Positions 12,601 through 24,200 of a stretch of 64,000 nucleotides of DNA are shown one piece after another. The DNA is from Tubulanus polymorphus (lineage: Eukaryota > Animalia > Nemertea): contig NC_134028.1 in assembly GCF_964204645.1 (NCBI RefSeq), positions 8,184,001-8,248,000 on the forward strand, read 5' to 3'. The translations under genes and the position numbers were made by a program. Numbering within the stretch: the stretch's first letter is position 1; each line of letters begins with the position of its first letter. The notes under the pieces were generated by a model. The model did not search any database. It was not told the DNA's origin and saw nothing but the letters and a program-made list of their open reading frames with translations.

Positions 12601-15600
12601 GTGGAATCCTCAACTGCCGAATTGCAGAGGCCTCCGCTCATTGCGAGTTTTGGTTTCCTATGTCAATTTCATATTCTGATCAAAGTTCAACTGACTGAAA
12701 AAAGATTCTAATACAGCTGGAAAAACTCATTTGCAACATATCTAATACTGTGTTTGTTTATTTGAAATTAGGCGGAAATCACTGCTTTCATCAAAAATGA
12801 ATTGTGCACAAGACTGGGACCTGAGCAACAAGCTGTAAGTTAACTGTAGAAATCTGATGATGTTTTTATACCCAAAAATTTATTACTACAAGGACTCATT
12901 TCAGTAGTTCATATGTTCATGATGAATATTCAGAAGAAAGCATTTTGTTCAAATGAGGCCAGTACTTATCAATATGTGTACATAAGTCTGCATAGAACTG
13001 GTCACAGATCTGCAATTTATAGAATAGGTTGAAATCAATAATAACTACGTGCTGGAATTTAGTTAGTACCGATATAATCAATTTATTTTCATATTTTTCA
13101 GTGCGATTCATTAGTTGATCAGTATGGCAATCTGATATTCCAACTTCTCGCCAATGAAATAGTGAGTATTTCATAATGACTTTAATTCTTCCATTACCAA
13201 CTGTAAAGGGGGCGATAATGGCCGCCTCGTTACCAACATCTGGTGCACATTCTTCACATATTTCAAACTTAAATATTGGCTTTACCGTAAGAAGATACAC
13301 TGATATGGCCTTAGAACTGTTTTCTAAGTTTCTATTGATACCAATATTTGTATTGTATCGCTACTTACTGATATTTATCCACAAATGATTCCACGAGTGT
13401 TCTGTTCAATGTCTGAGCTAGTGTTGGACTGCAAAGTAAAAAATAATGCCGAAAATGGCAAGTTTCCGAATTTGATCGGCGTGTATACATTTGAGCGGTT
13501 CCGCATGATGTTTCGGAACGTCAATTCAACCAATATGAGTCAATTAAATCAAGAACATCGACTATTGATAATGTTTGGTTGAGAAAAAATGTGAGAAGAG
13601 CTTTGCAATAACGTCCACTCATCTTACGATCTTGTAAGATAAAGTTGATGAGAAGTCCAATCCTCAATGAGTGATGGCCCTATTGCGACTATACTTGTAT
13701 TGGCAACTGAAAAATAATGGCCTGAAATTTTCTTTTGTATTCATTTTAGAAACAGATTTCAACTCAGGATCCACTTCCACAGTTGTGAGTTAAGATTTGA
13801 CTCGGAGTTTGCTCACTGAAAACCTCAATGATGTAATCGTAAACTCAGAGTTAACTCTAACTCGCCACTGTGGAGCCAGGTTTTATAGTTCAGGAATTTA
13901 CGCGTGTAATCTCATGGTTTTGCTAATTCGACGTTTATTTCAGGACCCGGAACAGATTTGCCACGCGATCGGTTTGTGCACCACCGCGACGAAATCGTCA
14001 TCGAACACGGTCATGGCGCAACTGCCTCCGAAAACGCCGGCTCAATCGCCGAAAAAACCGAAAGCGGTGAAAACTTCAGCCGAATGCGTCATGTGCGAAT
14101 TCATGGTCGGAGAACTCGAAAAATTGCTCGGCGACAAACGCAGCGAAGCGGCGATCGCCGAGGCTTTGGACAAAGTGTGCGGTCTTTTACCGGCCACGGT
14201 GACCGACGAGTGTAAACAGTTGGTACAGATCTACACGCCGATGATTATACAGTATTTACTGAAAGGCATGACCCCCGATCAGTTGTGCGTCGAGATGCGC
14301 CTGTGCACGGCGGCGGCGTCGCTGCTGAAGGTCAACGTCCAGCGGATACCGGGCGTTAAACAAACGGCTCAGTGCGTCGCCTGCGAATTCGTGATCAAAA
14401 CCCTCGACGGCATGTTGACTAAAAATGCGACTGAGGTAATGATAATTATGTATATATATTTTACTGATTCTTTGTTTCAGTCGATTAATTATGTTGAGTA
14501 TATAAGTTTATATATTCTGCTGATTCTTCGTCGTTTGAATGTTGAATATTATATTTGATTTCATAGTTTGAAATTTTATGTGTATAGTACGGATGATAGC
14601 ACGGAAACACCATCTTTAAATCGCCTTCAGTATCGGGCATAACTCAAATGGGCTTGCGAAGTGCCGAAACATCTGTGAACGCAACTCGCTCTGTTAAGCG
14701 CAGTATTCTGACAAATTTGGCACCGCACAAGTACGGTACTTCGTAACCCAGAATCCTGAGTGAACGTGGCTAATATGCTTGTCAAAGAGGTATCTCTTAT
14801 ATTCTGATTAGAAGGAGTCCGGCCGTAATATACATATAGTAAATTGCGTTTTGCTACCCAAGTCATTTGAAACTTGTTAGCCCTGAGAAAAACATGGTAT
14901 TTTGCGAGAGCGCTAATATTGTTGTTGAGTTCAAGTAAGATTTGTTATGGTAGAACAGAGTCTCTAGAAAGGTGCTTACAAAACGAGCTTATGATATGAA
15001 AGTGATGCAGACGCTTCCCAGAAATTTGAAATTTTCTCCTTTTAAACTCCTTGAAAACTCTTTATATCCAGGAATGACTGATTTTTAGGGACCCCGCATA
15101 TGAACATGCTAACCAATCACAATTAAGTTAAGATTTGATGTTTGTTATTTCAGCAACAAATTGTACGTGCTTTAGATAGAGTGTGTACGTTAATGCCGAA
15201 GACAGTGAGAGCTGAGTGTCAATCGTACGTCAACGCGTACGCCCCGGCTCTGATTCAGCTGCTCGCATCAGACATCGACCCGCAACAGATTTGCACGTTC
15301 CTCGGAGTTTGCAGCCCGGCGGTGAAAAAACATCAACCGACTAGGCAACAAACACCTGTGAAGGCTGGGCCGACGTGCGTCCTCTGCGAATTCGTCATGA
15401 AAGAACTCGATGGACTTCTTTTGAAAAATGCGACCGAGGTAAGATGAAATACGTTTCGGTTTTGGCAATAAACCTTCAGTTCTGATTATATATTTGATTG
15501 TTTATCTGATTATATATTCATTTTCAGCAAGATATCATTGCAGCTTTAGACAAAGTTTGCAGTCTGCTACCGTCTACTATTAGTGGTCAATGTGAAAGTT

Positions 15601-18600
15601 TTGTAAATCAGTACGCACCATTAATTATCAAACTGTTGATTAATGATTTTGCTCCGGGAGTCATTTGCAAACAACTAGGCCTCTGCACTGCTGTTCGTAA
15701 GTATTCTATAGAAATCTCATGCTCAATGAGGCTAGAAAAAATTGATACGTTGTTTCACCTTTCTGCTGAGCTTAAAAAAGCTGTCCCAAGCAGCCACCTA
15801 TCTCTACCTTCCTTGTACATTACTTTTTTGCTAAATCATTATCAAGCTAATCATGAATTGATTGAAATTTATTGTGGTTTCCAAAAGTGCCCTGGCTGAT
15901 TAGGAGAAACAAGGTATCGTTTTTCTTTAGCCTTATTATTGTGTGTGTACAGTGTTGGTGAATTCGTAAACCCCAGGACCTGGTTCCACAGTTGTGAGTT
16001 TTAAGATTTGACTCTTGAAAATCCCCGCCGCCCCCCTCCCCCCCGCTTGCACACGGATTAGTCCAAAAATGGTCTCAAATTTAAGGTTATAGACTAAGAC
16101 TGGCTATAGAACTAAGTTCGTCTTAAGCCGGGCATAGGTCATCCTTGTGACAGCTTGCGACCGCCAGCGACAATCGCGTCGCAACAATTCACCGACCTAC
16201 GCTACCTTGCGACGGGTTGCGACTGGCAGCGATGCCAGTCGCAATGAGTCGCACATGTTCTACTTTCTGCAACGCGACGCGACCGTCGCAACTGACCAAC
16301 GCGCTCTTGCGACTGGGAGCATCTAGACGCAGACAGTCGCTGGAAATCACATCGCAACCGACTTACGCCCCCACTTGTGACGCAACGTGACGATTGCGTC
16401 GCGAGGTCGACCTACACCCGGCTTTAGACTGGTCTTTTCTTGAATCCATCTAAGCTATCACTGTGAAACCAGCTATCACTAGATATATGGTCCTCGCTTG
16501 AAACTTGGCACTATCCCTCACAAAATGCTTATCGTCGTTGGCTCTGTAGCAAACGCAGATGTTACTTCCCTGGTCAAACCAAGTTTGATACTTGTGCTTA
16601 TGATCGGAAGTGTCACTGGTCACATTCATCGTCGATTGGCACTTAAAGTAATTGTTATTACTGTGTCCATTCAATGCTGTTGCTTTGATATGAAGTTATA
16701 ATGACTGGCAAAATTTCAATACTTCAAGCGATAGATATTTATTGATGTTTTTATACTGTCTACATGTACCGGAAATTGTTTCGTTACAGAGACCCAAGTC
16801 CGAGCGAGTGGTGAGGTTTGTCAGTTGTGCAAAACGGTTATGTCGTATTTGGCTATGCTCTTGAAGGAACAGTCGACCGTACAAACGATCGACCACGCAG
16901 TCGAACGAGTTTGCAACTTCTTACCAGCTGCGATGAAAAAACCGGTACGTACTGAACTCTATTGGTGGGATCCAACATCGATCACTGGAAATATTTTGTC
17001 AGCCATTCCTAATTTTATACAGACACAGACCAGACCATTATCGTCAGTTTTACTTCATCAAAGTTAGTTTTTTTTCGATCATCTATAAACTGGATTTTTT
17101 TCTTGAATCCATATGTTATCAAAAGAGTGCCGGTAATTAGGTACATAATTACAAGAGTAACTTTTCAACTCAGTGTTTGGTATAGTTTTCACTGGTAATT
17201 GACGAGAAAAATGCCACAAATTCCTTCTATTTTGAGAAAGAGGAAATTAGAAATTTTTGAAGTCATACAGTAAATAGACTACGCCTAAATTTGTACAGTT
17301 AGTACCAGAATTTGTTACCCAATTAGGCCAAATTAGTAAGGGTAGGAATTTGCTTACAAAACCACCGGACTGACAATTTTTGCGAGATAAACAGTACAAA
17401 TTTAGAGGGTGCCTACTATAGCAGGGATATGAAAGTGATGCAGACGCCTTAAAATTCCTTCTATCCCGGAATGGCTGATTTGTAGGGACCCTGTAGTCGC
17501 CTTGCTTATCCCAAGGTGATCAAAGCTATTGACCATCACCTCTGATATTAATAGGGAAGGGTCACTGACAGTGCAGTAAATTTTCAATCAATAACTGTCT
17601 CTGAATTCTTCACTGCACTTGTTGAGAAGAAAACCTTCGGAATTGTTTATTTCATGTACGTTATATTTTTCAGTGTGACGATATGATAGAACAATACGGA
17701 CCGTTTATCATTCAAAAATTGGACCAGCAGCTCATAAACCCTGCCGATGTTTGTGCCGTAAGTGTTCGACTGCAACTATTATATTCTTCAATACAACAGT
17801 ACGAATGGCACTGATTTATTCTAATAATTTTAGAAAACAGGGAAAAAACAGAGAACTAATTTCTCTAAGGGAAAACACATGGAATTCGATATACCATTAA
17901 CCCTTTCAGTGCGGTGTAAGAATCAGTGATGGATTTTGCTAGTACACCGCATTGTGGTGTATTGATTTAATTAGTAATTACTAATTATCTCTCTTGAAAG
18001 ATGGCAGCACCTGTCAAACATAGTGAAATATTATAACTAACGATATACCGCGCCAGGGTGTAGACGCACTATAGTGCTATTCCCGTTATTCAACACACTA
18101 GGGTGGAATTTTTCAGAATTTTCAAATTATCTTCAGCACTATAGGATATTAACTAGCCAGCACTGAAAGGGTTAACTTTGAAAAACAGAGAAAATGCAAC
18201 TGAATTGTTCCTAATTTTATTTTCATGATCTGTTGTAGGAGATTCGTCTGTGCACGGCGGCTAAAAAACCGACTATCGGCCTCGTTCATTTGCTCGGCGG
18301 TGAGAAATGTACGTACGGCCCGGCGTACTGGTGCGCAAGTGTTCAGAATGCTAAAAGATGTCAGGTGAATATGGTTCCAATGAGCTTTACTGGTTCTGAC
18401 GAATTTGAACTACAGTGCAATAGAATTAACTTAGTTAAGGCTAGAAAAATATGCAATGGTTTTGTGGCATCTGGGGCTCAAAAGTTGGTCATAGTTGACT
18501 GGTGAACAAATACATAGACTTGTCGCTCAATTGTCACTATGGCATTTGTCCACTGGTTAGCTCTAACCTAGTTTAGAGCACAGGCCCCTATATGTGAAAT

Positions 18601-19206
18601 TATATCGGAAATATGGATCAGATATATCCATTCATTATAACCAATAGGCTGACGAAACTAACAAATCGAACTTTCTCATTTCGGTCGAAATGTATGATTT
18701 CTTACAGCCAATGAATTGTCTATTGAAAATAGTCCACGGGAACATTTTGAAATTTGTCAGTTATAACCATGGTTTCTCATTGTTACTATTTTTGGTGGTT
18801 GTTACCCCGATTTAGGAGTTGCCCCTAGGGATAACTTCGATACCAGTCTATAAATCCGGCACCTGGTGTTTTGTGGGGTTTTACTGTATAAGTGATTAAA
18901 GGATGGTGGATACATCATACATATTTTACCAGTTAACGTAACACCAAAGTTCACGTGAATTTAAAACCCACTATATACAGAATTTGAGAGATTATAAACG
19001 AATCTGACACCTGATGATGATCTCTAGTGAAAGTTCGAAATGTTGTGTATTTTGATCTTTTAAATTCAGTATATAGTGAGTTTTAAACTTATTATCTTTT
19101 CTCCGAGTGTTGCTATTCTACTGAAGTACAGGTTATTCGAATGTTTCTTTTCGTATATTTTCAGGCTATGGAACATTGTCAGACTCACGTTTGGACTCGA
19201 GATTAA
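7731..19206 (+). CDS. PSAP: Prosaposin (signal peptide, SapA, six SapB domains, SapA); ~688 aa with exon 6a or ~682 aa with exon 6b
   Basis: Exons 7731-7773, 8212-8357, 8721-8798, 9075-9140, 9881-10057, [6a 11544-11624 | 6b 11686-11748], 12772-12834, 13102-13161, 13944-14435, 15154-15438, 15528-15696, 16790-16944, 17674-17757, 18239-18364, 19165-19206; phases compatible. SapA motifs CTWGPSYWC and CTYGPAYWC; six CxxC...C...C...Y...PxxxCxxxxxC domains. Confidence 0.93.
9557..9636. repeat. (GGCT)20 microsatellite inside a MITE-A copy
   Basis: Directly visible; other MITE-A copies carry only a short ggct/ggcc run at this position. Confidence 0.95.
11215..11541 (+). promoter_or_regulatory. 327-nt AG-exclusion zone / extended polypyrimidine tract upstream of alternative exon 6a
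   Basis: No AG dinucleotide between 11214 and the acceptor at 11542-11543; C/T-rich, many YCAY and TCTT/TCTCT motifs. Confidence 0.7.
11544..11624 (+). CDS. PSAP: PSAP alternative exon 6a (VNVPLQCTICKAILTVAKDFVSNNATE)
   Basis: tttag acceptor, second in-frame acceptor ttacag giving a 63-nt exon from 11562, GAG/gtaaat donor; CxxC helix 1 with N-A-T sequon. Confidence 0.8.
11686..11748 (+). CDS. PSAP: PSAP alternative exon 6b (CEMCKIAIQKAKAMFDTKKSQ)
   Basis: ttttcag acceptor, CAG/gtagac donor, 63 nt, phase 0-0, CxxC helix 1 without sequon; intact in all units of the paralogue. Confidence 0.85.
13766..13880. mobile_element. Short MITE family C (GGxCCxGTTCCACAGTTGTGAGTT...AACTCACAACTGTG); related at ~15974, ~28343-28460 (each array unit), ~40745-40857
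   Basis: Recurrent cagttgtgagttaagatttgact and its inverse aactcagagttaactctaactc in several introns. Confidence 0.55.
16126..16423. mobile_element. Harbinger-type MITE (AGCCGGG...CCCGGCT) with TTA TSD, GTCGC/GCGAC-rich interior
   Basis: TTA at 16123-16125 and 16424-16426; homologous site in the paralogue (~40940-40955) is empty. Confidence 0.8.
17901..18171. mobile_element. piggyBac-type MITE
   Basis: TTAA|CCCTTTCAGTGC ... GCACTGAAAGGG|TTAA; absent from the paralogous intron. Confidence 0.85.
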
Positions 19207-19238
19207 GATTATAGAGAGCGCGCATTTTTTTTTTCAAA

Positions 19239-19381
19239 CAGTACGGGCGGATCTTGGTGACCAAGATCCCTTTATATTGAGTTTTTTAGAAAAAAAAATA
19301 AAGCGAAATCGCGTCGTTTTCATTCCTTAAATTTGATTTGTCCTTTTTCGTTAAGACCCTTGCCTAGATCCGCCCGTGCTG
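19239..19381. mobile_element. Inverted-repeat element in the PSAP 3' UTR (also ~43180-43317); similar GGCGGATC-type MITE at 54112-54372
   Basis: cagtacgggcggatct ... agatccgcccgtgctg; cagtggcggatccag ... ctggatccgcccctg. Confidence 0.6.
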
Positions 19382-20371
19382 CCCTCTCGGTCAACAATGA
19401 TTTCATATATTGATCTCGCGTCGTAATTCTGAACAGTACTTCGGGATGTTTACAAAACCTTTCACCCGCTATACAAGTTGGAATTTTGAAGAGCAAATCT
19501 GAAATTCTTTTTTTTATATAGATTAGCGGTAATTAGTCTGTAATTATTATATATGTGTTTTTATTTCCAATTCAAATTATTAATATATATATATCATATT
19601 TCGTATACCTAGCTTAATTTGGGCGTGATTTTTATTTGTCGCCTAATATAATAATAATCCAAAGCATTGAGGTGTTATTTTCTCTGAGGTGAAATTTTGG
19701 ATGTAGATATTTTCGGTAATGCATATGTTTAATTGTACGTGGATATTGAATGATAGAAATAATAGTGATTTTTTTTCTTTTCTATTTCTGGTAGCTAGAA
19801 ATAGGCTATATGATATGTTGACTGTGAATTGAATACACCATCTTTTATATCGAAAATTGGGGGTTGAAGTTAAATGCGGTAATATTTTGTGAAAATCAGT
19901 TTGGCAGGTGTGAATCTGCTGTCCCTCAGACGTTGGACACCTCATGGCCTAGCATACAATTTTTGATCGTCCAGTTGACTACTTGGGGTATTTTGAACTA
20001 GCTTATACGCCCAAAAATGTTGCCAGCACACTTTCATGAGGCGATTGTCCATACTTCACAATTCAATTGATCTTGGAGTAATCATTGTCAAATGATTAAT
20101 CTTGATCTTGGAGTAATCATTTGACAATGATTACTTCAAGAATTGATAGAGTGTTTTGTTAGAATGTAATTACTCGCATTATACTAAGGTTCATCTCACT
20201 GTTTAATTTAACGTTAAAGATTTATTAGTAATCTGGTATGACTAATGTAACTTTGGAAGTCATTCGGTGAAATGCGGTCCTTTTTTCTAAGCTTTGATAT
20301 ATATGTTATCACTCATTCTACGATACTAATGTATTTTGATTATGATGCTTGTAAGTTGTATATCGGTTGTA

Positions 20372-20547
20372 CAGTGGAACCTCGTTAATACGATTCTGTT
20401 TAAGACAAAACCTGTTCATTGCGATGATTTCCAGCATGTCCCGGCTAAGATATTTATATTATTCCTGATTTGGATAATACAAAATCTGTTTAATACGACA
20501 ATTTCGTCACTTTCGCCCACGAGATTCATATTAACGAGGTTCCACTG
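20372..20547. mobile_element. Tc1/mariner-type MITE (paralogous copy 44190-44366)
   Basis: TA|CAGTGGAACCTCGTTAATACG ... TATTAACGAGGTTCCACTG; TA on both sides in the 44190 copy. Confidence 0.8.
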
Positions 20548-21208
20548 AATTATCTGGTAAAATCGCACATTCTTGAATCATCGCTGGTGCCGACTACGTC
20601 CTTCTCAATGGAAACAATGGTGAGAATTGATTTCACCGCGTGATTCAAGGAATTATTTTGGGAATAGTTGGATATTCTGTGATAAAATGTTAAATATTTG
20701 AAACTGTAAGGGAACATTGTTCTAATTATCAATCACTAAAATGATTTGTAATAAAAACACGATCTATCATGAACAATAATCTTGTCTTTATGGTTGACTT
20801 TGACTTCCTTATGGACGATTAATGAGAGTTCTTGATGAATACACTTATGAATATTGAAGATTTAGTATTTTTCTTATGATACGGCAGTTAAAGGATGCAG
20901 GCTTTAAGTGACATCCTGATGCCGGAGATCCCACCCAGCAGGCCTACCCCTTGTACACTCAATTCTGAGACTAAGAGGTGTGTCCAGACGCCTGTCGTTA
21001 TGTCAGCATTTTAACCCAGTTTTCGGGAATAGAAACCGGTATTCAAAACTTCAATCGTCCGATTTAAAAATGGATTTAGATATACCAATTGTATACAACC
21101 ACTGTAATAGAGTGGTTGTATAACGTGCCATATTTGATTCAGCTTTGAAACCGAACTTCACATCAGGACTGGGTGAACAGTGTCAGTCAGTGAGACGCTT
21201 CTGGCGAT

Positions 21209-24200
21209 ATGGTGAAGATTCTTATTATATTTGCCGTACTGGCGGCGTCCGGTAAGTGTTGTATCGTCGTCAGATAACGATTTTTTCGACTTGATTTGAT
21301 AATCAAATTTTTAAAAACAAAACAAGGCCAAATTTTGCATTTTTTTCTGAAAAAATTGACAACTTTTTTCATATATATGGCCCTCTAGCTGCTGGTCCTG
21401 GGCCAGTGCCTCGGGCTCAGTTGACAATTATATTTGTTCCCATACTCCTTCCGGTTGCTATAGCCTAGGCTTAAGCGACTACAGTAGTCCTTTATTGCTG
21501 GCCCAGTTTCACGAAAAAGTTTAAGCCTAAATGGCTAAGTTTGAATCGTTGTCCTATTTGAATACATCTACATGAAGAAATCAATGGCAATTACACCAAA
21601 AATTTGAGTTAAACTTTTTTGTGAAACAAAAAGGTTTAAGGCCTTAAATCGATCTAATTTCTTCATTAGTTCAATTCATCTTAAATCGATTTAATCCTTT
21701 CTGTGAAACTGGGCCCCAGGTAGAGAAAAAAATGTAGGTATAAAGCCAAGTGAAGTTCTTTTTATATATTTGAGCAACGTTTCAGCTTGAGCCACCGGCG
21801 TATTTTGTTCTCGAGAACCTCTTTACATCATTCTGAATTACCGTGGGATTTTTGTAATATGGCACTAAGCTATGGTGGCTGATAAGGGCCATAGCAAAAA
21901 ATTTCTGGTATGCAATTCAGGGCGCCAGAACGCCAAAACTATGGTGGCTGATAAGGGCCATAGCGTAAAATTCCTGGTATGTAAATGAGGGCGCCAGAAC
22001 GCCAGAACGCCAAAACGAAAAAAAACGTCCAATTTTCTCTGAAAGTTCGTTTTGGCGCGCCAAAACAAAGAAAATTCCGTTTTGGCGCCCCCGCCAAAAC
22101 GAACTTTCATTTTGGCGCCCCCGCCAAAACGAACTTTCGTTTTGGCGCCCCCGCCAAAACAACGAAAAACGTCGAAATTTCTCTAAAAGTTCGTTTTGGC
22201 GCGCCAAAACGGAGAATATTCCGTTTTGGCGCCCCCGCCAAAACGAACTTTCATTTTGGCGCCCCCGCCAAAACGAACTTTCGTTTTGGCGCCCCCGCCA
22301 AAACAACGAAAAACGTCGAAATTTCTCTGAAAGTTCGTTTTGGCGCGCCAAAACAAAGAAAAGTTCGTTTTGGCGCGGTTATTTTCGTTTTGGCGCCCCC
22401 GCCAAAACAAGCATTCAACCACAGTAAAATTATTTTTCAAATTGGCGCGTTGATCTTGTGTGTAATTTGCATAAATTTGCATAAATGAAAATATTTTACG
22501 TATATATAGAATTATTTTACGTGGTTTAAAGTTCGTATTGGCGGGGGCGCCAAAACGAAAGTTCGTTTTGGCGGGGGCGCCAAAACGGAATATTCGTTGT
22601 TTTGGCGCGCCAAAACGAACTTTCAGAGAAAATTGGACGTTTTTCGTTGTTTTGGCGGGGGCGCCAAAACCAAAGTTCGTTTTGGCGGGGGCGCCAAAAT
22701 GAAAGTTCGTTTTGGCGGGGGCGCCAAAACGGAATTTTTTTCCGTTTTGGCGCGCCAAAACGAACTTTCAGAGAAATTTCGACGTTTTTCGTTGTTTTGG
22801 CGGGGGCGCCAAAACCAAAGTTCGTTTTGGCGGGGGCGCCAAAATGAAAGTTCGTTTTGGCGGGGGCGCCAAAACGGAATTTTTTTCCGTTTTGGCGCGC
22901 CAAAACGAACTTTCAGAGAAATTTCGACGTTTTTCGTTGTTTTGGCGGGGGCGCCAAAACCAAAGTTCGTTTTGGCGGGGGCGCCAAAATGAAAGTTCGT
23001 TTTGGCGGGGGCGCCAAAACGGAATTTTCTTTGTTTTGGCGCGCCAAAACGAACTTTTAGAGAAAATTGGACGTTTTTCGTTGTTTTGGCGGGGGCGCCA
23101 AAATGAAAGTTCGTTTTGGCGGGGGCGCCAAAACGGAATATTCTCCGTTTTGGCGCGCCAAAACGAACTTTTAGAGAAAATTGGACGTTTTTTTTCGTTT
23201 TGGCGTTCTGGCGTTCTGGCGCCCTCATTTACATACCAGGAATTTTACGCTATGGCCCTTATCAGCCACCATACAAAACAAAAAAAAGTCCAATTTTCTC
23301 TGAAAGTTCGTTATGGCGCGCCAAAACAAAGAGAATTCCGTTTTGGCGCCCCACCCAAAACGAACTTTCATTTTCGCGCCCCCGCCAAAACAACGAAAAA
23401 CGTCCAATTTTCTCTGAAAGTTTGTTTTGGCGCGCCAAAACAAAGATTATTTCGTTTTGGCGCGGTTATTTCCGTTTTGGCGCCCCCACCAAAACAAGCA
23501 TTCAACCACAGTAAAATTATTTTTCAATTTGGCGCGTTGATCCTGTGTGTAATTTGCATAAATTTGCATTTATAGAATTATTTTTCGTGGTTGAAAGTTC
23601 GTTTTGGCGGGGGCGCCAAAACGGAATATTCTTTGATTTGGCGCGCCAAAACGAACTTTTAGAGAAATTTCGACGTTTTTCGTTGTTTTGGCGGGGGCGC
23701 CAAAACGGAATTTTCTTTGTTTTGGGATCTGATGTGAAAAATCTATTTCCAGCGAGTGCATCACCATTACTGGGTACCGATCGATGTACGTGGGGACCGT
23801 CGTTCTGGTGCAGTCACATCAGCCATGCTTCTGAATGTCGCGCCGTAAATCACTGTATCGACACTGTTTGGAGTAAACAAAAACTCCCCACTGAACCGGT
23901 ACGGTCTATCTATTCGAAAAATAGGTCTATTAGGGCCAAATTCAATATTCGCAATGTTTCATTTCGTTAAATACGTATGAAAACATTTGGATACCTTAAA
24001 AATGATGACTCCACTGTGGTCAAACCTCGGTACGTTATCTGCCTCCATCGCATATCCATAAGCCTTGATTATTCGTCAAAAAGTCATCAAAGTCCAAATA
24101 ATGACAGATTGGATAGGACTAATCGAGATCAATAAAATTCTGGATTAGGCCTATAAACTAAAATCGGCGCATTAAGACGGTTTTATGCAAGTTCATTTCT

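Noticed and set aside
13385-13582. Intronic ORF MIPRVFCS... shared by both paralogues
   Set aside because: No domain features or good splice sites, and the ends differ; similarity is explained by nucleotide conservation
21865-23767. Many overlapping long ORFs (FGAPAKT/FWRGRQN repeats) and a CRISPR-like look of palindromic repeats
   Set aside because: ORFs arise on both strands from stop-poor subrepeats; spacers are themselves repeated, there are no cas genes, the context is a eukaryotic intron, and TIR plus TSD explain it as a transposon
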